Shown: one piece after another, positions 44,256 to 54,414 of the stretch
How the letters are laid out: every line of letters begins with the position of its first letter
How positions within the stretch are numbered: the first letter of the stretch is position 1
Source of the DNA: an uncultured Acidobacteriota bacterium
Lineage (GTDB): Bacteria; Acidobacteriota; UBA6911; RPQK01; JAPXNP01
Reading direction: 5' to 3'
Length of the DNA stretch: 64,000 bases
Assembly: GCA_963777605.1 (NCBI GenBank)
Contig: CAVZRV010000051.1
Location: forward strand, 1 to 64,000
Translations under genes and position numbers: made by a program
Notes under the pieces: model-generated
Databases searched by the model: none
Told to the model about the DNA's origin: nothing
Seen by the model: only the letters and a program-made list of their open reading frames with translations

Positions 44256-44683
44256 TCAGTGGGCCTCGCAGTACCAGAGGTCCACGACCTGCCGCCCCAG
44301 TCCGCACTGATGCTGATACACCGCTCGGGTGCAGCCACACGGGTCCTGGATCTCCTCGATGAACTCCGGGCTACAGACTTCGTTAAAGCCGGTCTGCAGA
44401 CAGCCGGACGCCGCATCACAGATCGCGGGCCAGCCGGGACGAAGGATTTCAAGCGAAACCCGCCGACCCTCCAGTTCCCATTCCCGGCTGCCGCGCCAAT
44501 CGGTGACCGAGAGTTTCCGCTTCGGCTGCCCCTCAAAAGAGGCGAAGTAGGTGTCTCGAGTGCTGCCGAAGCATCCTCGATCACGAGATTGATCGGTTCG
44601 CCCTGGTCGAAGTGGATCCGAACCAGAGATCCGAGCGGTAAGTGACCTGTAAACCTTTTGTGCAGTTGAATTGCCGTTGCCAT
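44256..44683 (-). CDS. First gene of the phage early operon, Cys-rich C-terminus, likely frameshifted
   Basis: AGGAGAGG RBS, MATAIQLHKR; after a shift near 44550 it reads ...DPCGC...HQC...WYCEAH*. Confidence 0.5.
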
Positions 44684-44737
44684 TGCCGTCCTCTCCTTTT
44701 CGCTAAACTTAACGCAAAAGTCTAGCAAGACTGGCCG

Positions 44738-44766
44738 ATAATAGACCGATGCGTTAATTTGGTCAA
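44738..44766 (-). promoter_or_regulatory. Sigma-70 promoter of the early operon with candidate operators
   Basis: TTGACC-17 bp-TATTAT; TTAACGC/GCGTTAA at 44709, 44751 and 44776. Confidence 0.7.
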
Positions 44767-44804
44767 GGCTGACTTTTAACGCTATCGAGAAAAAATCAGG
44801 ACTC

Positions 44805-44834
44805 TGGCTTAATCTGAGGGTTCAGTGGTACAAT
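44805..44834 (+). promoter_or_regulatory. Extended -10 promoter for the repressor
   Basis: TGGTACAAT at 44826-44834, ahead of the GGAGG RBS and ATG 44862. Confidence 0.55.
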
Positions 44835-44861
44835 CCTCGTCCGGAGGGAGTTGGCAAACCG

Positions 44862-45239
44862 ATGAAAAGGACAGAGTTACCGTCGAGCCGGACGCTGGCG
44901 ATCCTGGTCGGCCGGGTGGAGGAAGCGGCCGGGAAGGGGATTGAGAAGCAGGCGATGGCGCGGGCCATTGGGGTTCATCCGGCCGCGTTCTCGGCGCTTC
45001 TGGCCGGGCGGCGGGCCTGGAAGCTCGACTACCTGGACCGGTTGGCCGAGTTTTTGGGGCTGACGGTTGCGGATCTGTTCCACGAAGCGCCCGCCGGTCC
45101 GCTCAAGCTGCGGCGGATGCTCTGCCGGATTTATTCGGAGAGCACGGACACGCAGGCGCAGCGAGCCGTTGCTCTAACGATCGAGACGGCTTACCGGCTG
45201 CTGTTTGGCGCTGAAGAAGCGTCCGAGCAGCCAAAATGA
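44862..45239 (+). CDS. XRE/CI-like HTH repressor
   Basis: KQAMARAIGVHPAAFSALLAGRR...LAEFLGLTVADLF; only convincing plus-strand gene in the prophage. Confidence 0.85.
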   Translation: MKRTELPSSRTLAILVGRVEEAAGKGIEKQAMARAIGVHPAAFSALLAGRRAWKLDYLDRLAEFLGLTVADLFHEAPAGPLKLRRMLCRIYSESTDTQAQRAVALTIETAYRLLFGAEEASEQPK

Positions 45240-45545
45240 CCGACTGACAGACGAACTCGGACAGATCGTCCTCGCCGGAGGACAAGATCTCCCGAATCAC
45301 CTCAAGGCACCAAGACTCCTCACTCGCGTCTTCTGTCACCCTTGCCACCTGCACATGAAAAGAGCCGTGGATCGGATTGTCTTTGCCACGGCCCAAGCCT
45401 GTTCACGATTAATCAGAGTGTCAAGTCAGACGCCCGCTGAGTTGGCACTGAGCGTATAGTATCGAAACCGCTGGCGGGCGTGCAAGGGTCGGTTTTGAGA
45501 GCATTCGGGCGGGCGGCGAAGACCCGGATTGGGCGTGCTTCAGGC

Positions 45546-45956
45546 TTAGGGTCTGAACCAGGAGAGGAGCCAGCCGAGCAGTGTCGCCAGTGCCGCAGAG
45601 ATGGCGACCAGGACCCGCCGTTCGGTCTTTGAGGCCGTGACGTGGTCTTCCAGGGCTTTAAGCCGCTGCTCGAGCTCCGTGTGAAGGAGGGCGCAGCGGT
45701 CGCGCATCTCGCGCTGGCGAAAGTCCTGTTCGTCGAGGCGACTGAGGAAGTGCTTGCCGTTTTCCACCCGGTTACGGATTGCCGCAACGTCTTCTCGGGT
45801 CTCCTTGACCGAACTGAAGAGCGTGACCACGCGTTCTTCGAGCCTCGTGGCCATCTCGGTCGAGCGGTTCACCTGGGCCGTAAAGAGCGACAGGTTGCGG
45901 TTGAGGTTTTCGACTTCGGCCTGAAGCGAGGCCAGTTCCTTAACCGGGTCCGACAT
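45546..45956 (-). CDS. Coiled-coil protein with C-terminal TM (XhlA/holin-like)
   Basis: Heptad pattern, hydrophobic C-terminus, position in the lysis cassette. Confidence 0.6.
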   Translation of the reverse strand: MSDPVKELASLQAEVENLNRNLSLFTAQVNRSTEMATRLEERVVTLFSSVKETREDVAAIRNRVENGKHFLSRLDEQDFRQREMRDRCALLHTELEQRLKALEDHVTASKTERRVLVAISAALATLLGWLLSWFRP

Positions 45957-45958
45957 CG

Positions 45959-46789
45959 TCAAAAGCTCCAGCCGATGCCCAGTGCCGGTCCGAAATGGGC
46001 GGTCTGCGCGGTGAAATCGTACAAGACGGCTACGGGGCAGATCGTGACGCGTGGCATCCACGGGCTTCGGCGTCGCGCCTTCAGGAGCCGGTCTGTGGCC
46101 TCCAGTTGACGGGAGAGGGAGTCGGCGAGGGCCCGTGCCGAAGCCAGTTCCTTCGCGGATAGCTCCGCCTTTTCGGTGGCCAGTGCGGAACCGGCCAGCG
46201 CCGCGTCAAGGCGCTGCTCGGCGTTATCCCGCTCTGCCTTGAGACTGACGACGAGGCCTTCGAGCGAAGCCGACCGGTCGGCGGCTGAGTTTCGCACGCC
46301 AGGCCGCCTCGAAACAGGCCGCAATCGCGCCTCTATCCGCCGTGAAACCGCTTTCGCCGTCGGCTGCGATCGAGACACTCGACCCAGCCGTCGAGAGAAT
46401 CGTGAGCCGTTTCACGGGCCAGCGTCAGGTTGTCTGGCGGTGGCTCGGGCACTGGGACCGCACGGGCCTTGTCGACCGCCCGCTCGGACTGTTTCCGCCT
46501 GGCCGCAAGCTTGCGACTTCTCCTCCGTCAGCCGCTGGACCTGGTCGTTGAGCCGGTTAATCTCGACGGCCATCTCTTGCCGGCGGGCGTCAAACGTGTG
46601 TCTCAGGCGCAGGTCGTCTGCCTTGGCCTGTTCCACCGCCTGTTTTGCGTCCTTTCTGGCCTCGTCCAGCGCGGATTCCTGCTGTGCGGTGCGTCCCTTG
46701 CAGTACGCGGCCCCGTAGAGAAGGGCCAATGCGAGAAACCCGTAGGCCGCAAGCCGCAGCATGGGCTTTACTTCCTCGATCCGGTTCAT
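45959..46789 (-). CDS. Spanin-like membrane-anchored coiled-coil protein, frameshifted
   Basis: N-terminal TM, long Ala/Glu coiled coil, C-terminal beta-like FGPALGIGWSF. Confidence 0.5.
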
Positions 46790-47133
46790 TTGCGAACCTC
46801 CCCGAAGCTGCCGACGGCAAGCTTCGTCAGTTTTTCGGCAAGAAACGGCGCGATCAGCTCAGACAGCGCCCCGAGAGTAAACAGCACGGACGGATGCGTG
46901 GGAATTGCGGCCTGCGGGCTTTCGCCAAACGCAAACTCGCCTGCAACCCAACTGCCAAGCATCCACACGCAGCCGATGGTCGTGGCCCAGGACAGGGCGT
47001 TTTCCGCCGTGGGGCAGAACAGCCAGTCCCACAGAAACGGCTTGAAGGGCAACTGCGACTTCGCGTTCAAGTAGGCGTCCCGCCCGAACTTGAGGACGAG
47101 GGCAAGGATCGCCCCGGTGAAATAGGCTCCCAT
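46786..47133 (-). CDS. Holin-like membrane protein
   Basis: About three TM segments, immediately after the endolysin. Confidence 0.55.
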   Translation of the reverse strand: MGAYFTGAILALVLKFGRDAYLNAKSQLPFKPFLWDWLFCPTAENALSWATTIGCVWMLGSWVAGEFAFGESPQAAIPTHPSVLFTLGALSELIAPFLAEKLTKLAVGSFGEVRK

Positions 47134-47135
47134 CA

Positions 47136-47593
47136 CTAGACCTCCCGCAAGAAGACGTGTTTGCCGACTACGAGCGTTTGGACCATCTGTGCCGCCCACG
47201 CCGGGGGCGTCTTCGTGACGGCGGGTGCGAAGTAGTGCGTCGCCCCGGCGGTCGGATCTCGTGTGGCCCCGAGCATGGCGAGATCTGCCGCCTCAAGACA
47301 ACGCCGCCAGACATCGACCGGCTTTGGCCCCAGGATGGCCGCGCGGTTCCGGTCGTCGCGATTCCAGCAGGAGAACTGAAACGGCTTCAGGCACACCGTT
47401 GTCCAGTCCTTCCCCCACCACGAGGGACGGCGGACGCGGTTGGCGATGACAAAGGCTACGGCGAGCTTTCCCAGATCGGACTCCCCGCGGGCCTCCCCGT
47501 AGACGGTCGCTGCGACCACCAGCCTCGGCTTCCAAGTCTCGGGCGGCACATTCGGATCCGGGAGTTCAAATCCGGAAAGCGAAGTGAAGTCAT
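47136..47593 (-). CDS. Endolysin, SleB/Hydrolase_2 cell wall hydrolase (start uncertain)
   Basis: YGEARGE...AVAFVIANRV, VC..PFQFSCWN, DPTAGATHYF, P.WA, VGKHVF. Confidence 0.92.
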
Positions 47594-47637
47594 CGCCGTT
47601 AGTGGTACCGGCGGAGAGCGGTTTTCCGCTCGACGCA

Positions 47638-47976
47638 GTATTTACTAATTGTTCTTGTTCCTGTTCCTGTTCCTGTTCTTGGCTTCGAGGGGCCTTCGAA
47701 GGGGGATCGAAGGGCCTTCGAAGGACCTTCCAAAAGCCGCTTGTCATGCGGGTCTCCATTTTTGGTGTTTTGGGGCCTTACTGAAGGGGTCATGAAAAGA
47801 GCCGAAAATCGTGAAATTGGTGAAAAATGCCTTCACATACCCTCTACGGGGCCTTCAGGTGGCCTTCCGAGGGGCATCGAAGGGGCTTCCAAGGGCCTTC
47901 TGAAATCTGCGTGGTTTCTGGATTTATCCCCCTTCGAAGGGGCATCGAAGGGCCTTTGAAGGCGCATCGAAGGAGG
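47638..47976. repeat. Iteron-like 11-mer arrays plus (TGTTCY)5 and AT-rich patch; putative phage replication origin
   Basis: About 14 phased 11-mers, consensus WTCGAAGGGSC, in clusters 47684-47738, 47843-47897 and 47933-47976; hexamers at 47650-47679. Confidence 0.8.
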
Positions 47977-48003
47977 TGAGCCGAGAGGTGCGCCTCAGAT
48001 CGC

Positions 48004-48373
48004 CTATTTTCGGAACCGGATGATCACGGCACTGGCCCGATTCGAGTTCAACATCAGGACGTTTGAAGGGTCGCTTTCTCCGGCCCAGTTTGAAGCCGTC
48101 ACGTAGAACCAGTGCTTTCCGGAATCGATCAGGATTCCGGTCTGGTGGCTCAGTTGGGTCACCGGAATCTCGGCAACCGCCGTAAAGGAGCCGGTGGCTG
48201 GGGTCGCTACCGGTACTGGATTCGTAAAGCGTGAAATGGTCGACGCCGTCCTCTGCCGCCCCGGGTGCGTCCCATTCGAGCGTAATCGGCTTAGTCGACG
48301 GCTGGGCTGCCAGATGCGCAACGAGCAAGGCAAGGAGAAGGGAAGCGAGTGCAACGAGTGGTTTCGGTTTCAT
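48004..48373 (-). CDS. Small secreted fibronectin-III-like protein, frameshifted
   Basis: Signal peptide, ITLEWDAP, FTLY, then WFYVTASNWAGESDPSN. Confidence 0.7.
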
Positions 48374-48469
48374 GGGGTTCCTTTCCGAAGGATCGGCCGG
48401 AGATCATGCCTGGTTCCGGCACGTAGTAATGAGCGCGGCAATTGGATTGCTTCCGGCCGCTGTCTCCAT

Positions 48470-48499
48470 AAAAAAAGCCGGGGCCTTGCGGCTCCCGGC
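48470..48499 (-). terminator. Rho-independent terminator
   Basis: GCCGGG...CCCGGC stem followed by T7 on the minus strand. Confidence 0.8.
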
Positions 48500-48526
48500 C
48501 GGGGTTCCAAACTTTCGGAGATGGGT

Positions 48527-48942
48527 CTAGCTTACGGGTGTCGGCTTGTCGTCGGTGCCCACGCCCTCGATAAACAGACGGTAGAGGCGAACGGCCCCTC
48601 TCGGAAACTTCTTTTCCTGGACCTTATCGCGCAAACACTTCGAAATCAGGTCCACCTCCTTGGAGTCAAACGAGAAGGGCCGCATCGTCTGCGGCAACAG
48701 GCCCGGTTCAAAGTCCACACCGCCGTTCGGCCAGACGATCACCGCGCCCGTCTTCATGAACTCTTCCCGTTCCTCGCGCCCGATCCGGATCCGCGTGGAA
48801 ATGTCCTCGGCAATGACGGCCTCGATCCAGTCGCCTTGCGCAGGGAGCAGGTTTTCAAGCACGATCCGGTCGCGGGCGTTCAGGGTGAAAAGCGGCCCGT
48901 GGTAGGCTCCGTCTTGGTTTCTGGAATGGCGTTTTTCTGCAT
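48527..48942 (-). CDS. Hypothetical phage protein (tail-fibre associated)
   Basis: GAGGA RBS; LNARDRIVLENLLPAQG; start approximate, probable indel. Confidence 0.55.
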
Positions 48943-49043
48943 AGGGTCCTCTCGGGTTGGCTTCGGTCGGGCGCACCTCTAGCGGCAGGCCCATCATACT
49001 TGCGTGATCTGATAATTGTGAAGTGGAAAAATGCACGCAGACA

Positions 49044-49340
49044 TTAAGGGTTGAGCGCCAGGTTTCGCGTCTGCGCCCAGTATTCGACGGCCTTTTCGGC
49101 CAGTGCGGCGATCTGTGTCGTGATGACTGCGGGCAACTGATCGCCGTCCAGGACCATGGCGTCTCGCAGTTCGGATTCCTGAAATTCGCCGCCGGCGACG
49201 GTTCCGGCCACGATGTCGAACCGAAGCTGGTGCACCGTGAAGTCCGTTGTTACCGGGTCGAATTCGAGGGCGACTCGGATGCCCCGGCAGGCAACGGAAT
49301 CGACAGTGGTTCGCACGATCGGGTTTTGAAGCGTTTTCAT
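49044..49340 (-). CDS. Hypothetical phage protein after tail fibre
   Basis: AAGGA RBS, clean ORF. Confidence 0.65.
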   Translation of the reverse strand: MKTLQNPIVRTTVDSVACRGIRVALEFDPVTTDFTVHQLRFDIVAGTVAGGEFQESELRDAMVLDGDQLPAVITTQIAALAEKAVEYWAQTRNLALNP

Positions 49341-49355
49341 CGGGTTTTCCTTTGG

Positions 49356-52300
49356 TTAAGCGGCCAGTGCCAGCACTTGGTCTTCGTTGAGGCCGAAGCG
49401 GCAGGCGAGGCCATTGATGATCCGAAACAGGGCTTGGATCGACAGCGCGTTGTACGAGGTGGCGTTAATTGGGCTGAAGGACTTTCCGCCCGCGTAGTGG
49501 TCGTCGGGGTCCATCATCAGGTGCGGGGCTTCTTCGGCCAGCGCCCACAAGAACCGCGTGTGGTTAAAGGCGCCGTCCGCGTACCGCCCCCAGTGGTACT
49601 GCGTGTCGAGGACCGTCTTCAGGACCTCGGCGCGGTTCGGATTCTCGGGTTCCAGCAGCTTGTTCAGGCTGCCGTCCTTGCGGTACAGGAACGAGGTTTG
49701 CGTGCCGACTACGACCCCGGAAGAAACACTGCTGCCGGGGTCGCTCGTCTAGATGCGCAGTTGGTCGGAATTGTCGGCCCAGACGTAGTTTGTGGCCCCG
49801 TCAGCGGATACGAAGCACAGGGTTCCAGCCATCGTCGAAGAGGTCGATTTTCGCTGAAGCGTGAGGCCGCCGCGGTAGCCGCTCGGGTTTCCGAGGATCA
49901 GGCCCGCCGAATAGGTCGTGCTGTTGTTGGCGTACACCTGCACGGCCTCTTCCGTCCCCATGACCTTGATGACGAACGAACTGTCGGCGTGGTAGAAGTC
50001 CGTCCCGTTGTCCATGTAGAAGTTTTGGTACGTTTTCACGCCGGTCGCGTCGATGTCGAACGCGAGAGTTCCGGGCGTCCCCGTCGCTGAAAGGTAAAAC
50101 GAGAACCGGCTCCACGTCGCGAGGAGGGTATCGCCTCCGTAAACTGCCTTGATGTAGTTGTTCACGTCTCCGATGTACAGGTAGGCCGTTTCGTTGTTCG
50201 CGTCGAATCCGCTCGGCCCCTGGACCAGCGCATCGCCCCAAACCTGAAGCCCGTAGCAGTTGAAGCCGAAGCCGCTGGTGCAGGTCAGCCCGTCGAGCGT
50301 ATAGACAAGGCGACCGGCGTAGGTTCCGTGAATGAACTCGATATAGGGGCCGGAAGATCCCGTGGTCCCGACGTGAAGCCTGTCCGAATACTGCTGAAAG
50401 AACAGATCCCGAAGTTCGTCGCCGGTCGAGTAGTAAATGTCGTTGAAGAAGCCCACGTCGAACGGGTTCATGTCGGTCCCGAGGTTGATCGTCCCGGTGG
50501 CCGGTAGAATGTCCCTTGAAACGTAAATCCCGGCCTGCCGCCATCGCATGATCTCGGTCAAGCTGTTCGTCCCGCTTCCGTTTCCGACCTGAAGGGCGAC
50601 CGAGTAGCCGGTAGAAGCGTCCCATCCGAAAGCCCACGTATCGCCGCTACCCGCCCCGCGCCCTCCGATCCCGTCGAGGGAGGCGGAGGAACCGCCGTCG
50701 GAGATATGCCCGACTGCGATCATTGAGGCGGTCGAATCCGGGTCTACCGTCCCTGTCCAAACGACATCAAGGTGGCCGCTCAGTTTCTCGTTCCCGGATA
50801 CGGTCAGTGCGTATCCGCTAGCAGGTGTTGTCCCAATCCCCACGTCGCCCGAGAAATGCCCACCGCCGTTCACGTCCAGCAGGTAGCCGGGGCTGTTCGT
50901 CCCGATGCCCACGCGGCCCGTGGACCCGTCAATGCGCATCCGTTCATAGGCCAGCGTGTTGCCGCCAGCGACAAACACCATCTTCCCGTCTCATTTGTGC
51001 TGTGCCAGCACCAGATAATCGGTATAGGTGTCCGTGTGCAAGAGATGGCAGCGTTTAGCAGCGTCGTCGTGTACGCCCCGGTAAACGTCGCCGCATCGGT
51101 TCCAGTGACTTGGAGGCGCACCCACGGCTCGCCATGCGCCCCGGCCTGATTCCCGACAACGACATAGGCGATCTTCGTCGTGAGCTGAGATCGCACACGG
51201 AGAAATGGAACGTTATCGGTCGATTGAATGTCTAACCCGCACGCCCCGCTCGGGGCTTTCAGCATCATGTTCCCAAATACTTCGAGCGGATACGAGCCGG
51301 TCGGAGTTCCGCCAATGCCCACGTTTCCGAGCGCGTCAATTTCGATGTCGCCGGTGGCTTCCCAGTCTGACCCGTTGTGGCGCAGCGTCTGGTTCGCTGT
51401 CCCAGTGGGCAGGCTGCCGCCTGAAACCGTGGTCCACGAAAGCCCTCCCGCGCCGTCGGTTGTGAGTACCGTACCGGCTGCGGCTGCGGTCGCGGGCCAC
51501 GTGTAGGTCTTGCCGTTGAAGGTGGTGTTCGTGGCGTCAAGCGTCGTGCAGTAAACGCCTGCCCAGCGGGTCAACGTCTGCCAATATCCAGTGCCGCCCC
51601 TGCGGGAAGGAAATCCACAAAGGATAGCGTCAGCGCGGACTGCGTAAGGCTCAGGTAAGTGGTCGGAAGCACCGTCCCGAAGGTGAACGAGAAGCCGCTT
51701 GGCGCAACGTCCAAATAGGCGTCCCCGCTCCGCAGGTACGAGTGAGCGGTCGACCAGATGCGGATCGTGTTCCACTTGCGTTCCGGGCTGGTGGAAGCTG
51801 TTCCAATTTCAAGGTAGCCCGTGCCGTCGGTAATCGGCAGGAAGTACATTCCCGGGTTCGTGGCCCGGCTGAAGATCTCCGAGTACGGCGTCCAGTCCAC
51901 GCCCACGGCTCCGGTGCCGAACACGATGGCCGAATAATCGGAATCGTGTGAGTGCATATGGATGTCGGCCCCGGCGTTGAGGTGCAGGTAGCTGTTCGTC
52001 TCGATCTCTGCGGCGCTGACCTTGCCGAGAATGGCGTTGAGCGCGGCCAGGTCCTTCGTGATGACCTGCTCGGCAATGATGATGTCCTTGCCTTCGGCCG
52101 TGAACGCCTTGAAGCGGATGAAGCCGGTGGCGTCGTTGGGAACCCGGATCACGCCCACGCAGACCTTCGTATTCCCGCGCGCGTCGCTCGTGTTCGTGCT
52201 GGCGTACAGGTTGACGTTGCCGACGTTCTTGTAGACCCAATACGTTGCGCCGTGCGTCAGGTCGGTGAAGGTCTTTTGATTGAAGCTCTCCGAGGAGTTG

Positions 52301-54412
52301 TCCCGGTACTCCACCGTGCCCGCGCCGAGCGTGATGTCGTTGTCCGTCACGGCACTCGGCTCCAGCCCGGTGACGACCGCACCTGATCGCCCTTTTCGAG
52401 ATTTACGGCACTCAGCAGGTCCACATCGGCGACTTCACGGCCTTCGGGCTAAACGAGCCAGGCTGAATCAGGCCGGGAGTGAACAGCACGGCAGCGGATG
52501 TGAGAGAGTTCCCGCTCACGGTCCCGTCGTAGTGGATCCAAGGCCCATATCCCCACGCATCGCCGGGCCGGGCCGAGGCGTACACGGGCGTCCCGTGGAG
52601 ATCAGGTCTTCGATGACGCGCCACCGGAAGGCCCGAAGCCGATGTGCGGGAACTGGAACACTTGGAACCCGTCATTGCGAATTTGGCCCAACTGCGGAAG
52701 ATGAAGTACCGGCGGTTGAGTGTGGTGGAGGCGTCGTTTTCGGCGTACGGGAAGCGGTTGAACTTGGCCCCTGTCTCCATCTGCACCGAATGCTGCGAAA
52801 CCGCCTTGATCGCGTTCGCCATCGGGAAATTGATCTTCCCGTCCGCCGGCCCCGTCGGGCATCGAGATGTAGACGTACAGCACGTCACCGGCCTGTACGC
52901 CTGCCGCCAAGAAGTCAGTGGCCGCGTCCGTTAGCGTGTCCGATCCCACGTCCACGGTGATGGCCCGGTCCGTGACCAGTACGGTGCTCCCGCGCACGCC
53001 GCAGGCTTCATAGAGCGTCGGGGTCAGAACCTTGTTCTTGTCCGATGTGACGCGAACGTGCCAGCCCCACATCGTGTCGCGATCTGGCCGACTTCCCCGT
53101 GGCACAGGATGGCCTGCCCGAGCAGGTTGGGCGGGTTGAAGCACGTGAAACGGTACAGGAAGCTGAACGATTTAGACAGTGGGCTGGTCGTGGCCGTGCG
53201 CTCGTCTGGCGTAGACCAGTCGGACCACTGGTTCGCCGGGTCCGCGTTCGGGTTATGGATGCGAGCGGCAAACTTATAGGCCACGTATCCGTCGGATTCC
53301 GGCACCGTGACCGTCTGGATGAAAGCCGGTCGCTGGTCCAGAACGGCGTTGTACGGGGCCGTGTCGGGGTCGAACCCGGCGGACGGACCCCATGCGATCT
53401 CGGTCTTGGTGATGGAGCCTTTCGAGGTTTCCGCCGCGTTCCAGTCCACGCCCACCGTGAACATCAGTTCGGCCTGCGTCTTCCCGATGAAACCGGCCAG
53501 CACCTGCGGGGCCAGTGGCTTCAGGCCAGACGGCAGCGACGGGTCTTTGTACGCCTGCGCGTTCGCCTCGTTCGAGAGCGCCGAGTAGACGCCGGAAGTG
53601 TCCAGCGCGGCTACTCGCGCATACCAGACTGTCTCCGGATCGGCGGCAAGCAGGCGGAACGGCTCGGAAGACAGCTTTTCCTCGAGCATCCCCTCGGGCC
53701 GGTTCGGGTCTTCCGGGTCATTCGGGTCGAAGTCGGGGATGGCGGCCGTGTGCCGGAACATCACGAAGGCGTCCAGGCGCTTGAACTCCTCGGCGTCAAG
53801 GTTCGAGACCCACGTGTACTGGATGGCTTCGTGGATGCCGGTGGCTACAAGGTCGGACGGGGCGGAAAGGCCCGTGGTCACGCCCTCCAACGTCTTCAGC
53901 CCCATCTCGACCGAGCAGCGGATCCACTGGAGCGTTTTCCCGGCCACGTGCGCGGCCTTGGCCGTGTCGTGCAGCCCCCGCACCACCGTCAACCGCTGGT
54001 GGTTGATGTCGGGCGTGTTGTCCTGTATCCCGGTGATGCGGACAATCTCGTTCTCAAGCTGCGCATACTCGCCCTCTTGAAAGTAGCCCGCCGCAGGCTT
54101 GTTGATGTCGATGGTCTGCGTCGTGTCGTCGATCCCGGCCGAAAGCGTGGCTTTCGTCGTGAGGTTCAACCACCGGATGGCCTCGACGCTTCCGTCCTCG
54201 TACTCGGGCTGCAGGAGCAGGTTCACGGCTTCGCTGGCGGGAAGGTGCGGGATGCCCAAGATCCGGCCCGTGTTCTGCACTCCGGGCAGAACTCCGTCCG
54301 TGTCGTTTACGTAGTCGCACTCCGCCTCGCCGTGCTTGCGCCGCTTACTGAGCGACTCGGTTTCGTACTTCCAGAACTCGTGCCGTTTAACGACCTTCAA
54401 GCGAATCGCCAT
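49356..54412 (-). CDS. Tail fibre / receptor-binding region (FN3-like N-terminal part, VGIGT repeats, C-terminal S74-like chaperone); one or two genes broken by frameshifts
   Basis: WYARVAALDTSGVYSALSNE and WSDWS FN3 motifs; ERMRIDGSTGRVGIGTNSP repeats; C-terminal ALAEEAPHL...LSIQAL. Confidence 0.75.
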
Positions 54413-54414
54413 TG

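Noticed and set aside
44160-44280. Complete tRNA genes
   Set aside because: Only T-arms are present; no acceptor, D or anticodon stems could be folded.
47594-47759. N-terminal QEQEQE extension of the endolysin
   Set aside because: Better explained as read-through of the DNA repeat cassette than as a protein domain.
49356-54412. Diversity-generating retroelement or invertible tail-fibre switch
   Set aside because: No reverse transcriptase, TR/VR pair or invertase seen in the window.
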